Source: the human T2T-CHM13v2.0 reference genome, Homo sapiens. Taken from it: a DNA stretch of 64,000 nt. Positions 15,301 through 29,153 of the stretch are shown here, piece by piece. Both the position numbers and the translations under genes were made by a program. How positions within the stretch are numbered: the first letter of the stretch is position 1; the number at the start of each line of letters is the position of its first letter. Location: the NCBI RefSeq assembly GCF_009914755.1, contig NC_060940.1. The stretch is one strand, 5' to 3'. A model generated the notes under the pieces. That model was not told the origin of the DNA and ran no database searches. It saw only the letters and a program-made list of their open reading frames with translations.

Positions 15301-18300
15301 TCCAATCGAATCCATTCAAAGATTCCATTCAGTTCCATTCGATGATTCCCTTAGATTCCATTCGATGATTCCACTTGATTGCATTTACGATGATTCCATT
15401 CGATTCCATGTGATGATTCCATTCAATTCTATTCAATGATGTCTCCATTTGATTCCATTCGACCATGATTGCCTTTGATTCCATTCAATGATTCCATTCG
15501 GTTCCGTTTGATGATGATTCCGTTCGATTCCATTTGATGATTCCATTTGATTCCATTGGATGAGTCCATTCGATTACATTCGATGATTATTCCATTCGAG
15601 TGCATTAGATGATTCCATTCGAGTCCATTCGATGATTCCATTCGATTCCATTCGATGTTGATTCTGTTCAAATCCATTCGATGATTCCACTCGATTCCAT
15701 TCGTTGACTCCATTTGATCCCATTCGATGATTTCCTTTGATTCCCTTTGATGATCATTCCATTTGATTCAATTCGGTGATTTCATTTGATTCCATTCAGT
15801 GATGTTTCCATTCGACTCCATTCGATGATGATTCCATTCGACTCCATTCGATTATGATTTCATTCAATTCCATTCGATAATGATTCCCTTCGAGTCCATT
15901 CGATGATTCCATTCTATTCCATTCAACGATGATTTGATTCGTGTCCATTCGATGATTCCATTTGATTCCACTTGATGATGATTCCATTCGAGTCCATTTG
16001 ATGATTCCATTCAATTCCATACTCCGATGATTTCTTTTGAGCCCACTCAATGCTTCCACTCGATTCCATATGATGATGACTCCATTCGATGAAATTCGAT
16101 GATGATTCCATTCGCTTGCTTTCGATGATGATTCCACTTGAGTCCGTTAGAAGATTCTATTCAATTACATTCCATGACGATTCCGTTCGAGTCCATTTGA
16201 TGATTCCATTAGACTCCATTCGACGATGATTCCATTCGATGTTATTCGATGATTCCATTCGATCTCATTCGATGATGATTCCATTCAACTCCATTCGATG
16301 TTTCCATTCGAGTTCATTCTATTATTCCATTAGATTCCATTCGATGATGATTCCATTCGATTCCATTTGATGATTGCATTCTATTTCATTTGATGATGAT
16401 TCCATTCGAGTCCACTCGATGATTCCATTCGAGTCCATTTAATGAATCCATTGGTTTCAATTCTATGATGATTACATTGGATTCCATTCGTTGATGATTT
16501 CATTCGGTTCCATTCAATGATGATTCCATTCAATTCCTTTCAATGTTTCCATTCAATTCCATACGATGATGATTCCATTTGATTTGATTTGACAGTGAGC
16601 CATTCGATTCAATTCCATGATGATTCTATTTGATTCAATTGGTTGACATTTCCATTCGATTCCATTCGATGATGATTCCCTTTGATTCCGTTCAAAGATG
16701 ATTCCATTCTAGCCCATTCAATCATTCCATTCGATTCTATTCAATGATGATTCCATTCATGTCGATTTGGTGATTCCATTTGACTTCATTTGATGATGAT
16801 TCCTTTCAAGTTCATTAGATGATTCCATTCGATTCCATTTGATGATGATCCCATTCGAGTCCATTCAGTGATTCCATTCGTTTCCATTCCATGATGATTC
16901 CATTCCTTTCCATTCAATGATTCCATTCGATTCCGTTTGATGATGATTTCATTCGAGTCCATTTGATGATTCCATTTGATTCCATTCGATGATGATTCCA
17001 TTCGAGTCCATTCGATGATTCTATTCGAATCCATTTGATGATTTCTTTTGATTATATTTGGTGATGATTCCATTGGAGTCCATTCAATGATTCCATTCTA
17101 TTCCAATCGATGATGATTCCATTAGAGTCCATTTAATGATTCCATTTGATTCCAGTCTCTGATGATTACATTCGAGTCCATACGATGATTCCACTCAATT
17201 CCATATGATGATGATTCCATTTGATTCCATTCGGTGATTCCATTCTATTCTATTCAATGGTGATTCCATTCGAGTACATTAGATGATTCCATTCGATTCC
17301 ATTCAATGATGATTCTATTTGTGTCCCTTAGATGATTCCACATGATTCCATTAGATGATGATACTATTTGAGCCCATCCAATGATTCCCTTCGATTCCAT
17401 TCGATGAGGATTCCATTCGATTCAATTCATTGGTGATTCTATTCAATTCAATTCTTTGATTCCATTCCATTCCATTCGACAATGATTCCATTCGATTTCT
17501 TTCGATGATTCCACTCGATTCCACTTGACATTGATTCCATTCGATTCCATTCAATGATTCCATTTGATTCCAGTGGATGATGATTGCCATCGATTCCATT
17601 CGATCACTCCATTCTATTCCATTTGATGATGATTACATTCGATTCCATTTGATGATTCCATCTGATTCTATTCGAGGATTCCATTTGATTCCATTCGATG
17701 ATGATTCCATTCGAGTCCATTCGATGATTTCATTCGAGTACATCCAATGATTCCATTCGAGTCCATTAGATGATTCCATTTGATTCCATTTGAAAATGAT
17801 TCTACTAGAGTCCATTCAATGACTCCATTCGAGTCCATTCAACAATTCCATTCGACTCCATTCGATGATTCCATTCGATTCCATTTGATGGTTCCATTCG
17901 AGTCCATTTAATCATTACAGTCGAGTCCATTTGGTGATTCCACTGGATTTCTTTTGATAATGATACCATTCAATTACATTTGATGATGATCCCATTCAAT
18001 TTCATTTGATGATGATTCCATTAGAGTCCATTCGATGATTTCATTCGAGTCCCTTCATTGATTCCATCCGATTTCATTGGATGATGACTCCATTCGAGTC
18101 CATTCGATGATTCCACTCGATTCCATTAGATGACTCCATTGGAGTCCATTTGATTGTTCCATTCGATTCCATTGGATTCCTTTCGAAGATTATTCCATTT
18201 GAGTCCATTCGATGATGATTCCATTCCATTCCATTCGATGATTCCGTTTGATTCCATTCGATGATTCCCTTCGATTCCTTTCTTTGATGATTCCATTCCA

Positions 18301-18501
18301 TTCCATTCAATGATTCCATTCGAATCTATTCCATGATGATTCCTTTCGATTCCATTCGCTGATGTTTCCGTTCAATTCCATTCGATGATGATTCCATTCG
18401 ATTCCATTCATTGAGGATTCCATTTGATTCCATTCAATGATGATTCCATTCTATTCCATTCAATGATTGCATTCAATTCCATTCAATGATTATCCCATTA
18501 G
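12390..18501 (+). repeat. Canonical 6,112-bp higher-order unit
   Basis: AGTAAACTC anchors at 12390 and 18502; landmarks colinear with the other units. Confidence 0.92.
12545..18023 (-). promoter_or_regulatory. Cluster of DUX4-consensus sites (TAATGGAATCA on -), representative unit
   Basis: TGATTCCATTA on + at 12545, 12594, 14066, 14854, 16201, 17114, 17343 and 18013. Its reverse complement TAATGGAATCA fits the DUX4 consensus TAAYBBAATCA, and DUX4 is known to bind and activate HSATII. Occupancy at this locus cannot be shown from sequence. Confidence 0.5.
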
Positions 18502-19149
18502 AGTAAACTCAACGATTCCATTCAATACCATTCGATGATGATTCCTTTTGAGTCCATTGAATGATTTCATTCAAGTCCATTTGATGATTCCTTTCAATTC
18601 CATTCTATGATGATTCCATTCGAGTCCATTCGATGATTCCATTAGATTGCATTCGATTATTCCATTATATTCCATTCAACGGTGATTCCATTCGAGTCCA
18701 TTCCATGATTCCATTAGAGTACATTTAATGATTGCTTTGTTTTCAATTCGAAGATGATTACATTGGATTCCATTCTATGATACCATTTGATTCCATTCAA
18801 TGATGATTCCACTCAAATCCATTGGATGATTCCATTCGTGTCCATTCGGTGATTTCATTAGATTCCATTCGAGGATGATTCCATTCGATTCCATTCGATG
18901 ATTCCATTCAATTCCATTCGATGATGATTCCATTCCAGTCCATATGATCATTCCATTTGATTTCATTCGATGATGATTCCATTCGATTCCATTCGATGAT
19001 TCCATTCTATTCCATTCGATGATGATTCCATTCGAGTCCATTCGATGATTCCATTCGAGTCCATTTAATGATTCCATTGGGTTCAATTCAATGATGATTA
19101 CATTGGATTCCGTTCTATGATTCCATTCAATTCCGTTCATTGACAATTT

Positions 19150-22100
19150 GATTCCATTCGATGATGATTCCCTTTGATTCCGTTCAAAGATGATTCCATT
19201 CTAGCCCATTCAATCATTCCATTCGATTCTATTCAATGATGATTCCATTCATGTCGATTTGGTGATTCCATTTGACTTCATTTGATGATGATTCCTTTCA
19301 AGTTCATTAGATGATTCCATTCGATTCCATTTGATGATGTTTCTCATGTATTCCATTTGATAATTCCTTTCAATTCCCTTCGATGATGATTCTTTCGAGT
19401 CAATTCGATGACTCTATTCCATTCCCTTCGATGATGATTCCATTTCACTCCATTCGATGATTCCATTCCATTCAATTTGGTGATGATTCAATTCGATGAC
19501 ATTCGATGACTCCATTCAATTTCATTTGATGATGATTACATTCGAGTCCATTTGATGATTGTATTCCTTTCCTTTTGATGATTATTCCATTCATGTCTAT
19601 TCAAAGATTCCATTCTATTCCATTCAATGATGATTCCAATTGATTCCATTCAATGATTATGGCTATCGATTCCACTCGTTGATTCCATTTGATTCCATTC
19701 GATGATTATTCCGTTAGATTCCATTAGGAGATTCCATTCGATTTTATTCAATGATTCCAATTGATTCCATTCAATGATGATTCCATTCGACTCCATTCAG
19801 TGATTCCATTTGAGTCCATTTGATGATTCCATTCGAGTCCATTTGATGATTCCATTCTTTTCCATTTGATGATGATTCCATTAGGGTCCATTCAATGATT
19901 CCATTCGAGACCATTCGTTAATGCCTTTCGAGTCCTTTTGATCACTACATTCGAGTCCATTCAATGATTCTATTCGATTCCATTCGATGATGATTCCATT
20001 CGAGTTCATTCGATGATTGCATTCGAGTCCATTTGATGATTCCATATGATTCCATTCGACAATGATTCCATTCGTGTCCATTTGATGATTCCATTCATTT
20101 CCTATCGATGAAGATTCCATTCGAGTGTATTCGATGATTCCATTCAAATCCATTCGATGATGATTCCATTCCAGTCCATTCGATCATTCCACTTGATTCC
20201 ATTTGATGACTATTGCATTCAAATCCATTTGATGATTCCATTCGATTCCATTCGATGTTACCATTCGAGTATATACGATGATTCCACTCGATTCCATTTG
20301 ATGATTATTCCATTGGAGTCCACTTAGTGAATCCTTTAGATTCTACTCGAAGATGATTCCATTCGAGTCCATTCGATGATACCATTCAATTCCATTCGTT
20401 GATGCTTCCATTCAGGTGCATTCGATGATATCATTCGATTGCATTTGATGATAATTCCATTTGATTCCATGTGATGATTCTATTCCATTCCATTCAATGA
20501 TAATTCCATTCAATTCAGTGATTCCTCTGGACTCCATTTGATGATGATTCCATTCAATGATTCCATTCGATTCTATTCGAAAATGATTCCATTTGAATCC
20601 ATTTGATGATGATTCCATTCGATTCCATTTGATGATTCCATTCGATTCCATTCGACGATGATTCCATTCGATTCCATTTGATGATTCCATTCTATTCTAT
20701 TCGAAGATGATTCCATTCGATTCTATTCGATGATGATTGGATTCCATTCCATTTGATGATTTCATTTGATTCGATTCGATGATGATTTCAATCAATTCCA
20801 TTCGATGATTCCATTCGATTCCATTCGATAATGATTACATCCGAGTCCATTCGATGATTCCATTTGAGCCCGTTCGATAATTCCATTTGAGTCTAATCAA
20901 TGATTCCATTCATTTCCATTCAATGATTCCATTCGAGTCCATTTGATCATTCCGGTAGGGTCCGTTCGATGTTGATTCCATTGGAGTGCATTCGATGATT
21001 CCATTCGAGTCCATTTTAGGATTTGATTCGAGTCCTTTCGATGATTCCATTCGATTCCACTCGATGCGATGATGATTTCATTCGAGTCCATTCGACACTT
21101 CCAATCGATTCCATTTGATGTTTCCATTCGAGTCCAATTGATGATTCCATTCAATTCCATTCGATGATGATTCCGTACGATTCCATTCTGTGATGATTCC
21201 ATGTGATTGCATTCAATGATGATTCCTTTCGATTGCATTCGATTATGATTCATTTCGTGTTCATTCTATGGTTCCACAGGTTTCCATTCGTGTCCATTCC
21301 ATTATTCCATTCTATTCCATTTGATGATGATTCCATTCGATTCCATTCATTGGTGATTCCACTCAATTCCATTCAATGATTCCATTCCATTTCTTTCAAC
21401 AATGATTCCATTAGTTTCTAATCGATGATCCACTTGATTCCATTTGACGATGATTCTATTCTTGTCCATTCGATGATTCCATTGAATTCCATATGATGAT
21501 GATTCCATTCGATTCCATACCATGATGATTCCATTCGAGTCCATTCAATGGTGATTCCATTCAATTCCATTCGATGATTCCTTTCGATTCCATTTGATGA
21601 TGATGGCATTCGATTCCTTTCAATCATTCCCTTTGATTCCACTCAAAGGTGATTTCATTAAAGTCCATTCGATAATTGCATTCGATTCCATTCTATGATG
21701 ATTCCATTCGAGTCCATTTGATGATTCCATTCAATTCAAGTCAATGATGATTCCATTCGATTCCATTCGATGATTCCATTGGATTCCATTCGATGATGAT
21801 TCCATTCAAATCCATTCGATAATTCAATTCACGTCCATTCGATGATGATTCCAATCGAATCCATTCAAAGATTCCATTCAATTCCATTCGATGATTCCCT
21901 TAGATTCCATTCGATGATTCCACTTGATTCCATTTACGATGATTCCATTCGATTCCATGTGATGATTCCATTCAATTCTATTCAATGATGTTTCCATTTG
22001 ATTCCATTCGACCATGATTGCCTTTGATTCCATTCAATGATTCCATTCGGTTCCGTTTGATGATGATTCCGTTCGATTCCATTTGATGATTCCATTTGAT

Positions 22101-23229
22101 TCCATTGGATGAGTCCATTCGATTACATTCGATGATTATTCCATTCGAGTGCATTAGATGATTCCATTCGAGTCCATTCGATGATTCCATTCGAGTCCAT
22201 TCGATGATTCCATTCGATTCCATTCGATGTTGATTCTGTTCAAATCCATTCGATGATTCCACTCGATTCCATTCGATGACTCCATTTGATCCCATTCGAT
22301 GATTTCCTTTGATTCCCTTTGATGATCATTGCATTTGATTCAATTCGGTGATTTCCTTTGATTCCATTCAGTGATGTTTCCATTCGACTCCATTCGATGA
22401 TGATTCCATTCGACTACATTCGATTATGATTTCATTCAATTCCATTCGATAAAGATTCCCTTCGATTCCATTCGATGATTCAATTCGATTCCATTCAACG
22501 ATGATTTGATTCGTGTCCATTCGATGATTCCATTTGATTCCACTTGATGAGGATTCCATTCGAGTCCATTTGATGATTCCATTCAATTCCATTCTCCGAT
22601 GATTTCTTTTGAGCCCATTCAATGCTTCCACTCGATTACATATGATGATGACTCCATTCGATGAAATTCGATGATGATTCCATTCGCTTGCTTTCGATGA
22701 TGATTCCACTTGAGTCCGTTAGAAGATTCTATTCAATTACATTCCATGACGATTCCGTTCGAGTCCATTTGATGATTCCATTAGACTCCATTCGACGATG
22801 ATTCCATTCAATGTTATTTGATGATTCCATTCGATCTCATTCGATGATGATTCCATTCAACTCCATTCGATGTTTCCATTCGAGTTCATTCTATTATTCC
22901 ATTAGATTCCATTCGATGATGATTCCATTCGATTCCATTTGATGATTGCATTCTATTTCATTTGGTGATGATTCCATTCGAGTCCATTCGATGATTTCAT
23001 TCGAGTCCATTTAATGAATCCATTGGTTTCAATTCTATGATGATTATATTGGATTCCATTCGTTGATGATTTCATTCGGTTCCATTCAATGATGATTCCA
23101 TTCAATTCCTTTCAATGTTTCCATTCAATTCCATACGATGATGATTCCATTTGATTTGATTCGACAGTGAGCCATTCGATTCAATTCCATGATGATTCTA
23201 TTTGATTCAATTGGTTGACATTTCCATTC
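19150..23229 (+). repeat. 4,080-bp variant unit, copy 1
   Basis: Sequence and all ORFs recur at +4080 (19881/23961, 20412/24492, 20897/24977, 21978/26058, 22368/26448). Confidence 0.92.
19340..20276 (+). repeat. ~940-bp HSat2 segment absent from the 6,112-bp unit (copy 1)
   Basis: Contains words not seen in canonical units: TTCTCATGTA, GGCTATCGAT, CCATTAGGAG, GAGACCATTCGTTAATGCC, GTTACCATTCGAGTATATAC. Confidence 0.8.
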
Positions 23230-26200
23230 GATTCCATTCGATGATGATTCCCTTTGATTCCGTTCCAAGATGATTCCATTCTAGCCCATTCAATCATTCC
23301 ATTCGATTCTATTCAATGATGATTCCATTCATGTCGATTTGGTGATTCCATTTGACTTCATTTGATGATGATTCCTTTCAAGTTCATTAGATGATTCCAT
23401 TCGATTCCATTTGATGATGTTTCTCATGTATTCCATTTGATAATTCCTTTCAATTCCCTTCGATGATGATTCTTTCGAGTCAATTCGATGACTCTATTCC
23501 ATTCCCTTCGATGATGATTCCATTTCACTCCATTCGATGATTCCATTCCATTCAATTTGGTGATGATTCAATTCGATGACATTCGATGACTCCATTCAAT
23601 TTCATTTGATGATGATTACATTCGAGTCCATTTGATGATTGTATTCCTTTCCTTTTGATGATTATTCCATTCATGTCTATTCAAAGATTCCATTCTATTC
23701 CATTCAATGATGATTCCAATTGATTCCATTCAATGATTATGGCTATCGATTCCACTCGTTGATTCCATTTGATTCCATTCGATGATTATTCCGTTAGATT
23801 CCATTAGGAGATTCCATTCGATTTTATTCAATGATTCCAATTGATTCCATTCAATGATGATTCCATTCGACTCCATTCAGTGATTCCATTTGAGTCCATT
23901 TGATGATTCCATTCGAGTCCATTTGATGATTCCATTCTTTTCCATTTGATGATGATTCCATTAGGGTCCATTCAATGATTCCATTCGAGACCATTCGTTA
24001 ATGCCTTTCGAGTCCTTTTGATCACTACATTCGAGTCCATTCAATGATTCTATTCGATTCCATTCGATGATGATTCCATTCGAGTTCATTCGATGATTGC
24101 ATTCGAGTCCATTTGATGATTCCATATGATTCCATTCGACAATGATTCCATTCGTGTCCATTTGATGATTCCATTCATTTCCTATCGATGAAGATTCCAT
24201 TCGAGTGTATTCGATGATTCCATTCAAATCCATTCGATGATGATTCCATTCCAGTCCATTCGATCATTCCACTTGATTCCATTTGATGACTATTGCATTC
24301 AAATCCATTTGATGATTCCATTCGATTCCATTCGATGTTACCATTCGAGTATATACGATGATTCCACTCGATTCCATTTGATGATTATTCCATTGGAGTC
24401 CACTTAGTGAATCCTTTAGATTCTACTCGAAGATGATTCCATTCGAGTCCATTCGATGATACCATTCAATTCCATTCGTTGATGCTTCCATTCAGGTGCA
24501 TTCGATGATATCATTCGATTGCATTTGATGATAATTCCATTTGATTCCATGTGATGATTCTATTCCATTCCATTCAATGATAATTCCATTCAATTCAGTG
24601 ATTCCTCTGGACTCCATTTGATGATGATTCCATTCAATGATTCCATTCGATTCTATTCGAAAATGATTCCATTTGAATCCATTTGATGATGATTCCATTC
24701 GATTCCATTTGATGATTCCATTCGATTCCATTCGACGATGATTCCATTCGATTCCATTTGATGATTCCATTCTATTCTATTCGAAGATGATTCCAATCGA
24801 TTCTATTCGATGATGATTGGATTCGATTCCATTTGATGATTTCATTTGATTCGATTCGATGATGATTTCAATCAATTCCATTCGATGATTCCATTCGATT
24901 CCATTCGATAATGATTACATCCGAGTCCATTCGATGATTCCATTTGAGCCCGTTCGATAATTCCATTTGAGTCTAATCAATGATTCCATTCATTTCCATT
25001 CAATGATTCCATTCGAGTCCATTTGATCATTCCGGTAGGGTCCGTTCGATGTTGATTCCATTGGAGTGCATTCGATGATTCCATTCGAGTCCATTTTAGG
25101 ATTTGATTCGAGTCCTTTCGATGATTCCATTCGATTCCACTCGATGCGATGATGATTTCATTCGAGTCCATTCGACACTTCCAATCGATTCCATTTGATG
25201 TTTCCATTCGAGTCCAATTGATGATTCCATTCAATTCCATTCGATGATGATTCCGTACGATTCCATTCTGTGATGATTCCATGTGATTGCATTCAATGAT
25301 GATTCCTTTCGATTGCATTCGATTATGATTCATTTCGTGTTCATTCTATGGTTCCACAGGTTTCCATTCGTGTCCATTCCATTATTCCATTCTATTCCAT
25401 TTGATGATGATTCCATTCGATTCCATTCATTGGTGATTCCACTCAATTCCATTCAATGATTCCATTCCATTTCTTTCAACAATGATTCCATTAGTTTCTA
25501 ATCGATGATCCACTTGATTCCATTTGACGATGATTCTATTCTTGTCCATTCGATGATTCCATTGAATTCCATATGATGATGATTCCATTCGATTCCATAC
25601 CATGATGATTCCATTCGAGTCCATTCAATGGTGATTCCATTCAATTCCATTCGATGATTCCTTTCGATTCCATTTGATGATGATGGCATTCGATTCCTTT
25701 CAATCATTCCCTTTGATTCCACTCAAAGGTGATTTCATTAAAGTCCATTCGATAATTGCATTCGATTCCATTCTATGATGATTCCATTCGAGTCCATTTG
25801 ATGATTCCATTCAATTCAAGTCAATGATGATTCCATTCGATTCCATTCGATGATTCCATTGGATTCCATTCGATGATGATTCCATTCAAATCCATTCGAT
25901 AATTCAATTCACGTCCATTCGATGATGATTCCAATCGAATCCATTCAAAGATTCCATTCAATTCCATTCGATGATTCCCTTAGATTCCATTCGATGATTC
26001 CACTTGATTCCATTTACGATGATTCCATTCGATTCCATGTGATGATTCCATTCAATTCTATTCAATGATGTTTCCATTTGATTCCATTCTACCATGATTG
26101 CCTTTGATTCCATTCAATGATTCCATTCGGTTCCGTTTGATGATGATTCCGTTCGATTCCATTTGATGATTCCATTTGATTCCATTGGATGAGTCCATTC

Positions 26201-27309
26201 GATTACATTCGATGATTATTCCATTCGAGTGCATTAGATGATTCCATTCGAGTCCATTCGATGATTCCATTCGAGTCCATTCGATGATTCCATTCGATTC
26301 CATTCGATGTTGATTCTGTTCAAATCCATTCGATGATTCCACTCGATTCCATTCGATGACTCCATTTGATCCCATTCGATGATTTCCTTTGATTCCCTTT
26401 GATGATCATTGCATTTGATTCAATTCGGTGATTTCCTTTGATTCCATTCAGTGATGTTTCCATTCGACTCCATTCGATGATGATTCCATTCGACTACATT
26501 CGATTATGATTTCATTCAATTCCATTCGATAAAGATTCCCTTCGATTCCATTCGATGATTCAATTCGATTCCATTCAACGATGATTTGATTCGTGTCCAT
26601 TCGATGATTCCATTTGATTCCACTTGATGAGGATTCCATTCGAGTCCATTTGATGATTCCATTCAATTCCATTCTCCGATGATTTCTTTTGAGCCCATTC
26701 AATGCTTCCACTCGATTACATATGATGATGACTCCATTCGATGAAATTCGATGATGATTCCATTCGCTTGCTTTCGATGATGATTCCACTTGAGTCCGTT
26801 AGAAGATTCTATTCAATTACATTCCATGACGATTCCGTTCGAGTCCATTTGATGATTCCATTAGACTCCATTCGACGATGATTCCATTCAATGTTATTTG
26901 ATGATTCCATTCGATCTCATTCGATGATGATTCCATTCAACTCCATTCGATGTTTCCATTCGAGTTCATTCTATTATTCCATTAGATTCCATTCGATGAT
27001 GATTCCATTCGATTCCATTTGATGATTGCATTCTATTTCATTTGGTGATGATTCCATTCGAGTCCATTCGATGATTTCATTCGAGTCCATTTAATGAATC
27101 CATTGGTTTCAATTCTATGATGATTATATTGGATTCCATTCGTTGATGATTTCATTCGGTTCCATTCAATGATGATTCCATTCAATTCCATTCAATGATT
27201 CCATTCAATTCCATACGATGATGATTCCATTTGATTTGATTCGACAGTGAGCCATTCGATTCAATTCCATGATGATTCTATTTGATTCAATTGGTTGACA
27301 TTTCCATTC
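23230..27309 (+). repeat. 4,080-bp variant unit, copy 2
   Basis: Near-identical to 19150-23229. Only a few substitutions noticed (near 23266, 24796, 24825, 26090, 27190). Confidence 0.92.
23420..24356 (+). repeat. ~940-bp HSat2 segment absent from the 6,112-bp unit (copy 2)
   Basis: Same diagnostic words at +4080. Confidence 0.8.
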
Positions 27310-29153
27310 GATTCCATTCGATGATGATTCCATTTGATTCCATTCAAAGATGATTCCATTCTAGCCCATTCAATCATTCCATTCGATTCTATTCAATGAT
27401 GATTCCATTCATGTCGATTTGGTGATTCCATTTGACTTCATTTGATGATGATTCCTTTCAAGTTCATTAGATGATTCCATTCGATTCCATTTGATGATGA
27501 TCCCATTCGAGTCCATTCAGTGATTCCATTCGTTTCCATTCCATGATGATTCCATTCCATTCCATTCAATGATTCCATTCGATTCCGTTTGATGATGATT
27601 TCATTCGAGTCCATTTGATGATTCCACTTGATTCCATTCGATGATGATTCCATTCGAGTCCATTCGATGATTCTATTCGAATCCATTTGATGATTTCTTT
27701 TGATTATAGTTGGTGATGATTCCATTGGAGTCCATTCAATGATTCCATTCGATTCCAATCGATGGTGATTCCATTAGAGTCCATTTAATGATTCCATTTG
27801 ATTCCAGTCTCTGATGATTACATTCGAGTCCATACGATGATTCCACTCAATTCCATATGATGATGATTCCATTCGATTCCATTCGATGATTCCATTCTAT
27901 TCTATTCAATGGTGATTCCATTCGAGTACATTAGATGATTCCATTCGATTCCATTCAATGATGATTCTATTTGTGTCCCTTAGATGATTCCACATGATTC
28001 CATTAGATGATGATACTATTTGAGCCCATCCAATGATTCCCTTCGATTCCATTCGATGAGTATTCCATTTGATTCAATTCATTGGTGATTCTATTCAATT
28101 CAATTCGGTGATTCCATTCCATTCCATTCGACAATGATTCCATTCGATTTCTTTCGATGATTCCACTCGATTGCACTTGACATTGATTCCATTCGATTCC
28201 ATTCAATGATTCCATTTGATTCCAGTGGATGATGATTGCCATCGATTCCATTCGATCACTCCATTCTATTCCATTTGATGATGATTACATTCGATTCCAT
28301 TTGATGATTCCATCTGATTCTATTCGAGGATTCCATTTGATTCCATTCGATGATGATTCCATTCGAGTCCATTCGATGATTTCATTCGAGTACATCCAAT
28401 GATTCCATTCGAGTCCATTAGATGATTCCATTTGATTCCTTTTGAAAATGATTCTACTAGAGTCCATTCAATGACTCCATTCGAGTCCATTCAACAATTC
28501 CATTCGACTCCATTCGATGATTCCATTCGATTCCATTTGATGGTTCCATTCGAGTCCATTTAATCATTACAGTCGAGTCCATTTGGTGATTCCACTGGAT
28601 TTCTTTTGATAATGATACCATTCAATTACATTTGATGATGATCCCATTCAATTTCATTTGATGATGATTCCATTAGAGTCCATTCGATGATTTCATTCGA
28701 GTCCCTTCATTGATTCCATCCGATTTCATTGGATGATGACTCCATTCGAGTCCATTCGATGATTCCACTCGATTCCATTAGATGATTCCATTGGAGTCCA
28801 TTTGATTGTACCATTCGATTCCATTCGATTCCTTTCGAAGATTATTCCATTTGAGTCCATTCGATGATGATTCCATTCCATTCCATTCGATGATTCCGTT
28901 TGATTCCATTCGATGATTCCCTTCGATTCCTTTCTGTGATGATTCCATTCCATTCCATTCAATGATTCCATTCGAATCTATTCCATGATGATTCCTTTCG
29001 ATTCCATTCGCTGATGTTTCCGTTCAATTCCATTCGATGATGATTCCATTCGATTCCATTCATTGAGGATTCCATTTGATTCCATTCAATGATGATTCCA
29101 TTCAATTCCATTCAATGATTGCATTCAATTCCATTCAATGATTATCCCATTAG

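Noticed and set aside
19340-20276. Transposon or foreign insertion to explain the non-canonical segments (also 3895-4776)
   Set aside because: Both segments are still CATTC/GATGATTC satellite, with no poly(A), terminal repeats, target-site duplication or Alu/L1-like sequence.
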